From Lingula anatina (lineage: Eukaryota > Animalia > Brachiopoda), in assembly GCA_051362555.1 (NCBI GenBank), contig CM120644.1, forward strand, positions 7,510,954 to 7,574,953: DNA of 64,000 nucleotides, given 5' to 3'. Positions 28,990 through 42,327 of the stretch are shown piece after piece. Position numbers and translations under genes: made by a program. The stretch's first letter is position 1. Each line of letters opens with the position of its first letter. A model generated the notes under the pieces. The model worked only from the letters and a program-made list of their open reading frames with translations. It did no database searches and had not been told where the DNA came from.

Positions 28990-29175
28990 GTGCCTCCTAT
29001 TTAAAATCTTTCCCTCCTTTACTGAGCAGTGGCCTAGATTTTAAAGCTCTACGAGTTTGGTTTAAACTTAGCCTTTGCGCGTGTCTCAATGGATAAAAAC
29101 GTGTCCTATGCTCGCTCGCGCTCACGGTCGCTGACAATCTCGTGTAGAAGTGACTGAGGTGTTTTCCCACACTGT
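28990..29175 (-). promoter_or_regulatory. Probable twist proximal promoter
   Basis: TATA-like TTTAAATA on the minus strand at ~28998-29005, ~345 bp upstream of the ATG; Su(H)/RBPJ-type TGTGGGAA at 29164-29171. Motif match only. Confidence 0.4.
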
Positions 29176-32100
29176 CGGCCTTTTCTGCTGAGGCCTTGGT
29201 CGCTTACAGCATCAAGTGGATTAAGTGTGATTTGATTGGACGTTTGGGATGCTTTGATACCAAGTTTGTTTTAGGGGGAGACGGAAGAGAAAACACATTT
29301 CAGTGCGGTTGTACTTCATTACAGGTACTTCCAACGTAGGACCCTAGCGTTAACATAATAATAGCAGGTTTGGGTAAAATTAAGTTTTATATTTTGCTCA
29401 ATATACACAAATGAAAAATCAATTGATAATGATTTAAATCTTGCTTGTTTTGTTTAAAAGTTTTGAAAGTTTGAACCCATTAATCGCCCCTGGTCTTTCT
29501 CAGATCAAAACATTTCAAAACAGTTTTCTTTTCCACAATTTAATCCTTTTAAAAGCAGACTTTTTATGTGTATCGAAACCGATTTCCAGCAGATAGGTAG
29601 AGAGTGGAAATATCTTACTTCACCCATCCGTTAGTTAAATATTTTTTAGTATTGTCATTAAAAAATCCATCAGATAAATCAGCGTGCAACGTGTCACCGT
29701 GATGTAATTGTAATGACTTATGTACTTGTAATGACTAGTGACTTATGATGTATGATCACCAATTTATATATTCATAGCCATGTAGATTAAGAATGATAGT
29801 CAACACTTAATGTCTGTCCATTATGAATTATTTTAATGAAAAAAGTAAATAGATAATGAATTTAAAAAACACACAAGTTGCACTCGTATCTATACAGAGG
29901 AGTACCTCCATAATTCCCTCTCTCTTCTTTTGTTTTGTATTTAATTGTTGTTTCTTATTACAATGTATTTACGGTTATTACAATGTATTTACGGTTGTAC
30001 AAAGTTAAGATATTCTGACAAAGAAACAAGTTATCCTAAACTTACTTTATCATATCTAAGTGACACAAAGAAGCAATAAAACATCTGCATAGATTACGGA
30101 ACCTCCTCCCACCAAAATATAATTGATGTTTATGGAGGCAATTGTGCAGTTTATAAGTTTTTCTTTGTTTTCTACTTTGTATTGTATTCTACTTTGTATT
30201 CTAAGAGCACATTAACAGAAATGAATGGACGTTACCTGTGTGTTATTAGGCCAGGAACTTATGAGTGCTATTTTTAACGTTTCGTGGAAAGACGTGTGTA
30301 ATCTATTTAGTTTATCATATATCACTCACCGAGTAAAACATCTTGAAACTTAATAAGATTAATCACATATGATGTTTATTCATATACTGGTACGATTCGT
30401 CATGTAGGCTTGCTTTTTAACATCATTTCCTTCGTCACACAAACGTCTCCCCTTAAATTCCGCGACCGCGCCGTCACGTCAATCAAGCCAGAAGGCGATG
30501 AAGTGTGTCCCCGCCCTCTTTGTGTTGACGACCGTGATCGAGTTGTAGCGGGAAGAACACACACACAATCGGATTGACACTTCTAATCCAGAGTCAACAG
30601 TCCACTATGAAGTGTATTGTTTGTTTGTTTCCTGTTGATATTCATCTCCCGTTGTTATGTCCGGTGGAAAACAGTAACCACTCCACTGTGACGATGACCC
30701 CAGCGCGCAACAGGTGGTCTGCCGATGATGCGAGAGGTATTGTTTTACGCGCGCACCTGCAAGGAAATGGCCCGGGCGTTGATTTGCCCTGAGAATATTG
30801 CTCTTTGTAGTTGAGCCATGACCTTTATTCTGTTTAAGCTGAAGGAAACTGTCCGAGCTTGTGACCCGTGGAGATGGAGGGGTTTAATCTTTGTTTCAGA
30901 TCTCTGACTTTGTCGCTGCGGTTTCTGTCAAAGAGGATGTTTGACAGCTTAGAATAATGCTTATGACAACAGCTAGACGTCGTGAAAATCTTCAAACCAA
31001 AGAAATGAAATCATTCATGTCAGTTTCCGATGCAAATTACTCTCCTTTAGAATGACATTCACCAAAAAGCTACTTTCCTTTACTCAAACAGTAAAATAAA
31101 TCAGTTAAAGATAAAGCGAGTTTAAGTGCAGGAAACTCTTTGTAGCAGCCTTTGTGGTCACTATTACGTTATGATGCTCAATACCAACTTGGTTTGGCCC
31201 GTTCACTGAAAACATAAAATCTTAATGCCTTATCCAGAACATTTCTTACTTTTAATTTTTTCAATCAGTCGTCCCGATTTTCTCGCCAGAACCTGACAAA
31301 ACCCACATGGGTTATCTAGAATTTCGATCTTTTTGCTAATATCTTGACATTGTTACATATTTCTGTCATGCATTCGTAAGTAACAATAAGAGAAATACGC
31401 TCTTTTTAGATAAAATGAGTTCATTATTCCTTCGAGTAAAAATGTATTGAACTTCACCAGATTTGTAACAATAGAAACAATCTTAAGATGGGACATTTCA
31501 GTATTTTCCATCTGTACACGTGTCAGCTCTGTTGCCCCATAAATCTTTTTTTTTTTTTACATTTTCATCCTTTCTAAATACATGTAACTTCAATAGAGTT
31601 AAAATATGAGGTGCAACATGTTTTCTTTTTTCACCATTTCGTCGGACAAAACCATGTCACATGGCGAAAAATTTACACAGACGAGATCAACGACAATAAA
31701 ACCCATTTCACTTCAAATTATGTATCCGTTTTTGATTATCTAGTTTTTTAAAAAAAAATTATCATTAATTGAAATACTCTACTATTATGTACAGTGTATG
31801 TCGGTATTCCTAAATCCTAAATTAAATCATTAGTAATTAATTCAAACCGTTATTTGCAGAATAAACAAATGTGGTCCACCTCGCTGTTAAAATATATAGG
31901 CTACTAAGACTTAGACGATGGGAAAAAGCATTTGTATACATTTTCAGATTCTTTTTAAAAATCAACTACCACATTATAAAGATTTCTGTTATAAAATCGG
32001 TCTCGTGCTTATTACTTTTATCCATTATATTATTCTCTTCATTATTATCTACAATATAAATTCATTTCAGGAGTAGAAACTTGACATGTTGAGTAGGTAC

Positions 32101-32176
32101 GAGGGTAGAGAATGCTCACTAATAAATGTACGGCCTCATCTTAGGATTGGACCCCATTCTCCTGGCATCATTTAAA

Positions 32177-32372
32177 CAGGCCGTAGCCGGGGGTGGGGGT
32201 GGGGGTGGGCAGAGGGGGGGGGGGGGTAGGGAGGTCGAAAGAACCCCCCCTTTTTCTGGGAAAAGGTACCCTCTAGGTAAAATTTTATCTAGGTACACAA
32301 AAGTTTTATGGAAAAAAGGTCCACTTCTTCAGGAAAAGAAACCCCCTTTTGAAATTTCTGGCTACGAGCATG
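32177..32372. mobile_element. Small G-rich MITE-like element
   Basis: Imperfect terminal inverted repeats GGCCGTAGCCGG / CTGGCTACGAGC enclosing poly-G runs. Confidence 0.45.
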
Positions 32373-35300
32373 TCATTAACTCGCACATGTACATGTATCT
32401 ACACTGTATATGTACTGTATAGGTATGGTTTTATTAGCAAACTGCTTGTGTAAATTATAGCCGAGACACAAAGAAAAGAAAATCAAAGTATCTTAGATAA
32501 TAAAAATTCAAACCATATGATATTAGTTATATATATATTTCACTGCATTGCGTTCATTGTGGTTATACAGTAGTTATGAAGGCTATGACGACGCTCTGTG
32601 TTCATCAACATTTTTCGGTTCAATTAGAGTGGACAGATAACAAAGGCAATGCATTTCCGTTACCTGCGTTATTACCTGTGTAGTTCTCAAAGCAAAAATT
32701 CATATCCCCGGGTGTCGATGGCAAGTGCAATCAAGAAAAAACTTTCGTATCTGCGTCTTCAATGATGTCATATCACATAATGTTTCCAAACGGAAAAGGT
32801 CCAGCAATTTATTATAAACTTATCGTTTGTGCCTTTAAACTGATTTTTAGATGTGTGATATTATTACCGTACGCATACAGATGTAGTTTCATTTTGCTTA
32901 TTTGCGCAAAGTGAAAGTACAAAGAAATCACTTTCAGTAAGCATCTACTTGGTTAAGAAGGGACTTAAAATCGTATTTTGGAAATGTTTATTTAGTTTGT
33001 CAGTTGAAAGAGCAAATGGCGGTTAACAGGAGAAAAATATCGAGGATGCCAAGGATATACGCTATTTCTTTTATTTTTCGCCAAAATCGAACGTAAGATT
33101 CCTCGAAGAGGAATTCACACGTTTTTATCGCGCTTGTGTTTATTTTCTACTTTAAAACGGATGTGCCGCCCATTTCAGAACATTATATAACAGCAGAAAA
33201 AAATCTGCTTTTATTTCAAGTCATTAATCGCTCTTAGCGAAAACAGGCTTTATTTTTAGACGCTCGCATGTTTTCGAATTCCTCAAATACGTGCGCAAAA
33301 ACTTGAAGCAGCTTTCCAAATTTTTTTCTTCCATCCTCGTATTGAGTGCATCTCATGTTATAAAATATTGGTAAATGTGGTATATTATGAAATCAAACTC
33401 AATATGTTACTTTATAGGTTATAAAACGTATCATGGATAACTCGGGGACTGTGTTGATATGTTTCTGTTTGATTTCTTCATCTCTTTAATCTTTATACTT
33501 TCATATCTTTTAAATGCTGAGTGCAACGTGTTTAAGGGAAACTAGAATAAAGCAGGTTTTATTCTATAAATTTTAAAACAAATTAGTTTTAGAAGCAAAA
33601 AGACTGATAACATGGCGCAAATATGACTAATTTACAGTACTTGTAGGTATTAGGTAAAAGTGTTTTTATATAAAATTGAAAATATTTGAAATCAAACAAA
33701 AATAAGATCATTTTCTCATAGTTAACTAAATGCATGCGTTGTACATTGTGACTCTATCAAATGAAGTCTATGTTGCCCTCATTATATCGCCGAGTGTGCA
33801 GTAGAATCTCATTATCTGCCGTCTTATTTATGACGTTTCCGTCTTATTAGTGACGTCTTATTTGCACGTCGTCAAATGCTGTCAATACCCTCTACCAGGA
33901 CCACAGAGTTTTTTTTTAACTAGGTATTCTCCAATTCTGCCCACATTTCTGTACTCAGAAGGAATAAAACGTTTCGTTCGTCCAAGCATGGGAATATATC
34001 TATAATCTACGACATATTTCCATGGTCCAAGTGTCCATTGAGAATTTTCACACAAAAATGACAAATGTGACGTCACCACCCAGGTGGCCCGTGGTAGAAA
34101 ATATACTGCCCCTGTATCAGCAAACATGCCCTCTCTTTACATATACCAGATCGTTGTGAAGTGGTCTCCGCTAGATTAAATCCCTAGAGATAACCGCGCG
34201 TTCACTTCACGCACGTGCAACGCTAAGTTACTGTACACCTGATCAAGCAAAAACAAATCGAACGTGATTAGACGAGTTCTAGCTGAGGAAAACTACCAAA
34301 ATAACGCTCCGTGGGAAGCAAAACAGAGAACTTCGTTCAAATAGTGTCTGCCGCGCGTGGAGTTTTGCCCCCCGGGAACGTCCTCCGTTTGATTACGGCG
34401 TAGCGTTCAACTCAACGCGTGTTCTGTGCTTTAATGGAAGAATGGTTTTTATTAGAGGAATGACGTCATTACGAGGCACGCACCGAAGAACGCGTCCAAG
34501 CGTGACTCTTTATTATACTTAAACTGTTTATTATTTATTATATTTACTACTTCTTGCAGAGCAACAGAGTTTCGTCATGTTGGTTTTTCTTTTAACAAGT
34601 CAAGAAATTTTTCGTTTTTTAAAACTTCGTGTACAGATAATGTTTTGAAGACGAGAGTGTTGAAAAATTGGCAGAATAAGTACAATTTCTAAAAATCAAA
34701 GAAGAGGACTTAAAAGCGTAAAACAAATTCGAATTTTAACTAAGATATTGAAATGTTAAGAATTCTGGTGTCTGCTCTGTGGGTAAATATTATTTTCTTG
34801 TTCCCTACGGCTTATTAGGGACCTGTGCTTTATTATATATTGATATTATTACCAACTTTATTTCCTGACAATGTGAAAACTAACAGGTTGTTTATTTAAA
34901 GGGTGAAGATCGCTGTTTCAAGTTGGAACATACTTTTTTATATATCTTGTATATTTTATATATTTATTTTATATGTCATTCGCATTTTCTTTTCTCCACC
35001 ACAATTTTTGACGCAATCCAAACTGAAAGCAAATTTTGGAATCTTCACAGAAGGCTAAAGCTGGAAAGTGCCAAAAATAATTATAAAAAATAGAATATTT
35101 TTTCACACGTATCCACGAAGAGCATTTTTTCTTACGGTGTTACATCTGTTAAGTAGCTCTACAGTTATATCTTTTTTATGCCTCATATCCATTTGATTAC
35201 ATATCTAATCTTCCAAATTTGTGTACAAAATCTTTTTTTTTTTGGCAATTCAATCACGACAGTACAATCAAGATCTATATCTATAAATTCTATTCCTACA

Positions 35301-38300
35301 TGCCTCACTATGCCTTTAGTTTGTCTCTATGAGAATTTTCCAATGGTATGAAAGCTGAAAATAATTTCAGCGGCCCTCTGAATTAACTCGTGGGCGTGGC
35401 GAGGCGTGATACGTGAACTTCACGCACTTGTTACTCCACGCTCCATGGCGCCGAGCAGTCTGCCACGGTGCGCATGCGTTATCACTGACTTTCGTTGCAC
35501 TGATCGACCCGCTATTCTTGAGCAGTGATAGTGTTTCTATCAATAAACATTATCTTTATCATATCGATTAATGATTTTGTGAACTTATTTTGACAGGTGT
35601 GACAACATTTATCTCATCTTGCAAATGCCCATGGGAACTAAAATGGAAAGCGAGGGGAATTTTTACTTTTTGTTTTAATAAACTGTTTTTGTTTCATTTA
35701 GGAGCTTGAACCCTCTTCTTTTCCGTCTTTATGATAGCAGTGATCTTCTTGAATGAAAAATCCTATGTTAAAGGTATTCTGTAGAACAGAAACTCGTTAA
35801 TGTTATGTGGACCTATCACAAATCTCAGATTGTTAATTCTTTCTTTCAATATTTCCTCATTTTACAAAACATTGCTCAGTGCTATCTAACGTTACAAGCT
35901 ATATTTTCTAACGTCAAAGTTATGTCATTTCAGCACTTTGATTTTTAATGAAAAAAAAAAAAGAAGAATAAAATGAAAAATAAGAAAGAAAACAGACCCT
36001 CCCTAAAGCATAAACATCACCATTTTTTTTATTTTGAAAAGAAATGCCACTTTATTAACTGTGACGCACCGTGACACCCGCCTCGATATGCGTCCCTCAC
36101 ATCCACTCGTTATTTTTCACTAGGAGCAACTCTTCCACGGGGAGATGGAAAACAGGAGTAAAAAGGATAGAGAACACGGCAAATTGGAAGCGGGCTTGTT
36201 GAAGTCTAATCAAATCAGTGTGGTAGCGTGCACCGTGTTATTGTTAGAGTCGGCGCCACGCAGTCTGGGGGGATTCCCGGTGCAACGAGGAACAATACCA
36301 CATTCCAGGCAAAGTTTCTCAAAACAGAGCGCGCGGTTGGAGGGAGTCTCTCACACGGGGCTGGGGGCTGGTGTAAGGTTGTACAAATAAAGTTATCCGG
36401 GAGCCTCTTGTAGGAGGTTCACATTTGTGTGGTATCGTTGTTAACGTTAGATTTGTTCATTATGTTTTATTCTTCTTTTATTTCTATTTTTACTTATCTA
36501 TCCGGGCTATCATAAATATGTTGAATCCTAGACCAATCGATGTGATTGATGTAAGCCAAGGGCCGTTAATTTGGCTTTTTGTATATAAAAACCGCAACTA
36601 CAAGACCTCTATTGATAGTATCACTAATTAAAACCGTCACAACTTAATGCATCCCCGCTCTCTGAGGAAAGGAGACACGCAGTCTGGAAGCGCCTCTCCT
36701 GCAGGTACACGCGGTTCCGCACCACCAAAACCACAAGGAAGGATATTTTCCGTAACGGGAAACAAAGTACTGGTTGTAAACAGACTTTAAGTTTTTTTCC
36801 CTCCAGAAATGGAAGACATATCTTTGTTTTAAAAAATAGGGAACCATCGTTATCTGTAGTGATCACAAAAGCTTATTTAACTCTGCAGCATAATTTTAAC
36901 CTATTGCAATTGAAAACGAAAATAACAAATAATGAAGACTGTTTTCTAAAAGGTCTCTTATTTTACATACCAGCCAACAGAATAAATTTATTTGGAGAAT
37001 ATTCAACCACATTTTTCTTTTATCTCACTTTAGTGACCAAAAACGCGTGTTTTGTTATGTTTTAGATTGAACACTATTATTTGAACAGTGAAGCAGAATA
37101 AAACTTATTGCATCGGCAAAACAGAGGAATGTCTAAACGTTGGACCCAGGTTATAAGAAAAAAATACGTGTAGCTATCTTTTAAAACCATACAAAATACA
37201 CAGAAACCATTTCATTTGAACTATAATGGTAAATGCACCTTCAAAATGAAATCTACCCCAAAGGAATTTCCAAAGAAAAGTACTTAAACAACCTTAAAGT
37301 TGCCCGCTAAATTGTTTAATGTATAATACGGGGAATCTCGGCCGTTCTTTGCTCCGATTCTCTTGCCACAAAATCAAAACACGTTGTTGAATAATGGAGC
37401 TCATATGGCTTCATCACAATCGAATTATCTTGGTATTTTTTCAGTTGTGAGGCGTTCCTTTTTGATGTTTTGGATTTAGTTCATCACTAACATACGCTTC
37501 TAGTAAAGGTATTGGAGTTTTGGAAGCGCGTGTCGGGGGCGGGGCGGGAACTCTTGGGGCCAGGCAACCAGCCTAGTGAAACCACTCTCTTCAACTGCTT
37601 TTGGGTACAACATACTCTCCACAGGGCAAAATATTCGTGGACAAGGACATGCCCATGTATAAGTAAAAGCTTAATGGATTTCCATCGAGTGCTTTATTCA
37701 GATACTAACCTTCAGATTTTTACAGCTGCTTCAATTTTGTTTTTTTCAAAGACGATCAGAAACAACTACTAGCTCAAGAATGTTATGAATGTATTATTCA
37801 GGAAAACTATCACTTATGTTTGTCAAGGTGCCTTAATTAAAGCCTTCCTGTTGTTTTCTCGAGAGATCAAACACAGAAATTGTATTAACACTTATTTGGG
37901 TTTGACCTAATCGTTTAGGACTGGCAAAGAGATGGAAAATATTATTTTGTTTCTCTTTCTCTGAACGGTGTTTGCGTTATAATTTCAGTCTCGTTTTTCG
38001 TTTTTGTAGCTTAATTTTCCCATCACCGTGCCTTGCCGTTCACGAAGAGCTGCACTCAACACCGGTATCTATTCTTTACTCCATGATGGTGCTTAGACCA
38101 ACACGAGGGATCCTCGCCACCCCGCCCAACCCCATTTCCTAAACAAAATGGCGGATTCGTCTCCAGTGCCTCGCCAAAAAATGAGCGGACTGATCTGAGT
38201 AATACTGAAACACCGTGATATGTCGAAAACTATACAGTATTTCTCAAAACTCTCCGCAGCAGAAAAGTGCGAGGGGTGTGGGGTGGGGTTGGGTGGATCC

Positions 38301-38704
38301 GCATTTCTTGGTAACATGGAGTTCCAACTGGTATATATACGGTGTTTATTGTACAACCTAGGAGATACTAGTAAAGATAAAAGTTCACTGGCTCTGTGTG
38401 TTCGAGTTGCATTGTGGCAGTGAAAATTGTGACTGCTTTCTGCGCAGTCAGTTCTTTTTTTTTTTTTTTGCTTTAATTTTGTAGACGTTTGCTGAAGATC
38501 TAAGTGTGTTTTATTAACCGTTTGCATTTCGAATTAAGAGGAAGGCCGCCTTTCTGACCAATATGCACAAGGAAAATACATTGTTTGAACAGTTAACAAG
38601 AAATAAAATGGATGCACATCATCATCGTCTGTTTCTTGGACAACCTGTACCGGGATCGGTCGCAGTCTATACTTGCATTGCTATATACTTTGACGCATTA
38701 CTCT

Positions 38705-40999
38705 CTATGCGGCCACGGCCCACATCCAACCATTACGCCGCTTTTCTTTCTTCTTGATAAAAACATTAAAACCTGAAATATAAAATAAAAATAAAAAACA
38801 TTAAGGTATATGAAAATAAAACAAATGAATATTTTTGCAAAATAGACTGATGATTAAACACTACATGTACGTTTAATAATAAGGAAGAACAATGTACGTC
38901 GACAGGAACGCAGAGGATGTCGTTCAGCGCATTCTCGGGATGTTATAAAAATAAATAAATAAATGAAAAACTATAATCTGGTATTCTCGTGGAGCTTTTA
39001 CAAACAAATTAAAACTCAAATTAGATCACCGAGTACTTGGAATAAAAAACAATTCGCAATTAATCTTGCATTATGCTGTCTAAGAAGAAACATTTATTCG
39101 AGAGAATCCTACATTAATTCGTGAGCGAAGTTGTTTTTTATTCTTTTGAAACGTCAGGGCAAAGCATTTTAATTTCTTTACCCTTTTCATCTAACGAATT
39201 AATACCCGTTAATAGTCAACTGCACCTTAAATATGACTAATAAAAGGGAAATGGTAGGTGGGAATAAGTAAACCCTAATAATTTACTTAACTGGACCAAA
39301 ACCAACGATGATTTTTCATAATGATTTTTCTTTGTTAACGATATACGAAAAACTATGTTCTGAAATGCAAGGTGACCTTATATCAGAAAGTTCATTTGTA
39401 CATGTATGAATAACTTGAAATAAAATGACTTGCCAAACGTAACCCAGATGTTGTTAAGTTTTAAGTTTTCAAGGTATAAAGGTATAATTACCTCCTTGGT
39501 AACCTGTGTCCATATCCTAAAAAAGAGGAGAAGAAAATACGTTAGCAAACGAATACCTTTATCACTAGTTACCGCCGACGTTTTCTAGACGTCTATAAGC
39601 ATCGACGGCAACATTTTACGGAATGACATATTCACTTACCATCATTTAAAAATCCTTATATTAGCGACCCAAAATTTTCATTCCAATTAAAAAAAAAAAT
39701 GTCAAACCAACAGATGGAAAAAAACAGATGTAAAAAAAAAAATAAAATAATAAAATAAAATAAAATGAATAAATACTTACCTGGCCCCACGAATCCAAAC
39801 GTTCATAATCAATAAGCGAACCAAAGACTGGAGTAGGCTCGTCCACCGCCACTGGTCCACTCCATCTGATATCTCTATCTACCGCCTCCACTGAAATACA
39901 AGCCAGTCAGAAACTGAAGTCAAAATGCTGTGTTGAAATGAAACGATTTTGTGAAGAGTTTTGTATGGTTGAACTTTGATAAGTTTAGTTATATCTATAT
40001 TTACGCATCAATAGTCGTGAAAGAAGAAAACTTTGACTTGAGGTAAAATCGGAATGTTTTATCGGAATTTAAAAAAAATCACTTCGAGAAAGCGTTTGGA
40101 CACAATTGTAAGGAACCCATGGATTTTTGCATCGTATTTAATAATTGTATATCCTGTAACTTTGTGCTTATGAAGCCAGTAGGCCTACAACTAAAGCGTA
40201 TGTCCTCTGCTGATAAATTGTTGAGCGACCTTTAAATCTGACAAAACCATGTTACTGTACAAATGCTTGAAGAAAATGGGGGAAAGGTAAGTCTTAAAGA
40301 CCATTTTAGAAGCTTCCATCTTGACCTTGAATTTTGTTTTCTAGCTCCAGTGGCTTCACAAGCACAGAGGCTATTCAATTCAGAATGAGAGAATGCTACT
40401 CGGGCTGAAGGAATTGTTAAGTTACATGTTCAAACATTTCATGAGTTTCCGACAAAAATGTTTTGAGTAAAAAGAAAAAGAGATAAAATTTTTATTCTTT
40501 GGATAACCAGCATTTAGGGTTCAACCCCTCCCCGTGTCTTCAAGTAAGTGACGGGTGATTCTCGAAAATAATCAAAATGTGGACATTTTTTGTCACATAT
40601 AAGCCTAACCTGTTCTGGTTAGAGAAGATTATCTGTGTATAAAATATTATTTTCTTTTTACTTGAATTTAGACAGTTAATACTGCCAAATTCCTACATAA
40701 ACAATATAACTGCATATGTAAATCAATGACACGATACGACCTCCACATATAACGCCTGTGTATTAAGAAACTGTCACCTAAACAATTATTTAAATGAACT
40801 GATATGTGAAAACTATTTTTCTACCTCAGGAAAAAATATTGTGTTGCATCTGGCGGAAAACAAATTTATAGTACACCAATGACCTCAACTTACCTTGACG
40901 TGCGTCATGTTGAGCTTCATTTCTACTCGAATCTGTATTTCGTGAACTTTTGACCACTTGAATCACGGCATAGAATAACAAAACTGTTGTGACAATCAT
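38705..40999 (-). CDS. Predicted 4-exon small secreted prepropeptide-like protein (102 aa)
   Basis: Exons 40999-40894, 39890-39781, 39516-39492 and 38772-38705 all have strong GT-AG sites and matching phases (1,0,1). AAAAATG start context, hydrophobic N-terminus, AATAAA at 38515-38510. Confidence 0.68.
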
Positions 41000-41039
41000 T
41001 TTTACGAAGAGTCAACTCCGTTCAAATATGTCGCCTAGT

Positions 41040-41200
41040 ACCGGTGGCATGACAACGTCGTTGTGACGTCACAAACCATTGAGCTGTCCCCTCCATGACG
41101 TCACTTGTAACAAGGCAACAATGGCGTATTGACAAGTAAAAGGGCGTTTCAGTGAAGCAAACAAGATTGTCATGACTGGCCGTTCATTGGATGGCTCAAT
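41040..41200 (-). promoter_or_regulatory. Promoter with two palindromic CREs and a CCAAT box
   Basis: TGACGTCA at 41064-41071 and 41096-41103; CCAAT (minus strand) at 41186-41190; 65-190 bp upstream of the ATG at 40999. Confidence 0.6.
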
Positions 41201-42327
41201 AAACCAACCCCTTGTTGTTAAACTTGCTTTTTATTAGTGTAATTCAAATTTTATTTTTATTAATTTCTAACATCTATCGGTATGCTTGTTAATAAGAAAT
41301 TTCATTTGGCTTTGCCTCCATTTTTCTTTATATTTATCCCTCAATGAACTGCTAAGATTATCAATAGAATTTCAATAAAATATTTTAAGCCAAGGCAGTT
41401 AATAACGTCCGCACTATACTACGCGTTCAGGTACATTGTTGCAATGCGACCCAAACTTATTTCAAGGGCATTTACGTCCCACGTTTTTGACAAAATGATC
41501 TTTACAAGCACAGGGTCTGCTTTTGAAGAAAGCGCTGTTAAACAAATATTTAAATTCAACAAGGAGTTTTTAAATTGTAAGTCGTGAGGATTTTATAAAT
41601 GCAGTTTATACATCACCACACTTAATAAGCTCCACCGTAAGTTTGTCTTAATTTTACTAGGAAGTAAAAATAAGTTAATATATCATAAAACCAACATTTT
41701 TTTTGCTCATTTTTTTTTTATTCAAGCGCGTTTTGGCATTACAAGAAAAGCATTCATAGATGTTAAAGTGACAAAAAAGACTTTCCAAAAAGAGATTTGA
41801 ATTGGTTATTTCAGGGATTGACCCCGTTATTTTTATCAATTGAAAGCACAATGCGGTAATTACTCATTAAATTCAACTAAAATTTAGACAAGTGTGAAAC
41901 AATTAAGTCACTGTTGGCCTTAATTAAGAAATATTATCAAAATGCAGTGCATTTTAGAAGCACACTTCAATAGTATACACAAGCAATCCAAAAATTTACG
42001 ACAATAAAATGTTTGCTAAATCAGAAATTTTAGGTGAACCTTTAGTCTTTTCTATGTCTTAGCATACAAAATACACTAACAAGGATAAATAACAAGTTTA
42101 AAATCTTGAATATATAATAGTTTAAGTATATTTATGTATAATTTTGTAAAATTCAGCCATTTCACTTAAGTTAGTGCTTTTCAATATACAGGAATGTAGC
42201 ATCAACCAAGTTCTCTGTTATTCAACTTCTTTCCCTTAAGTAAGATGGCATTGTCTCTCAAAGGATGATGCTTCTGCTGAAATAAGATTCCCCAAACACA
42301 AGAAAGCACTACTGCAATATGCAGCTT

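Noticed and set aside
39773-39784. ATACTTACCTGG, identical to the 5' end of U1 snRNA
   Set aside because: The match stops after 12 nt with no U1 stem-loops or Sm site; it is the reverse complement of a consensus splice donor used by the predicted peptide gene.
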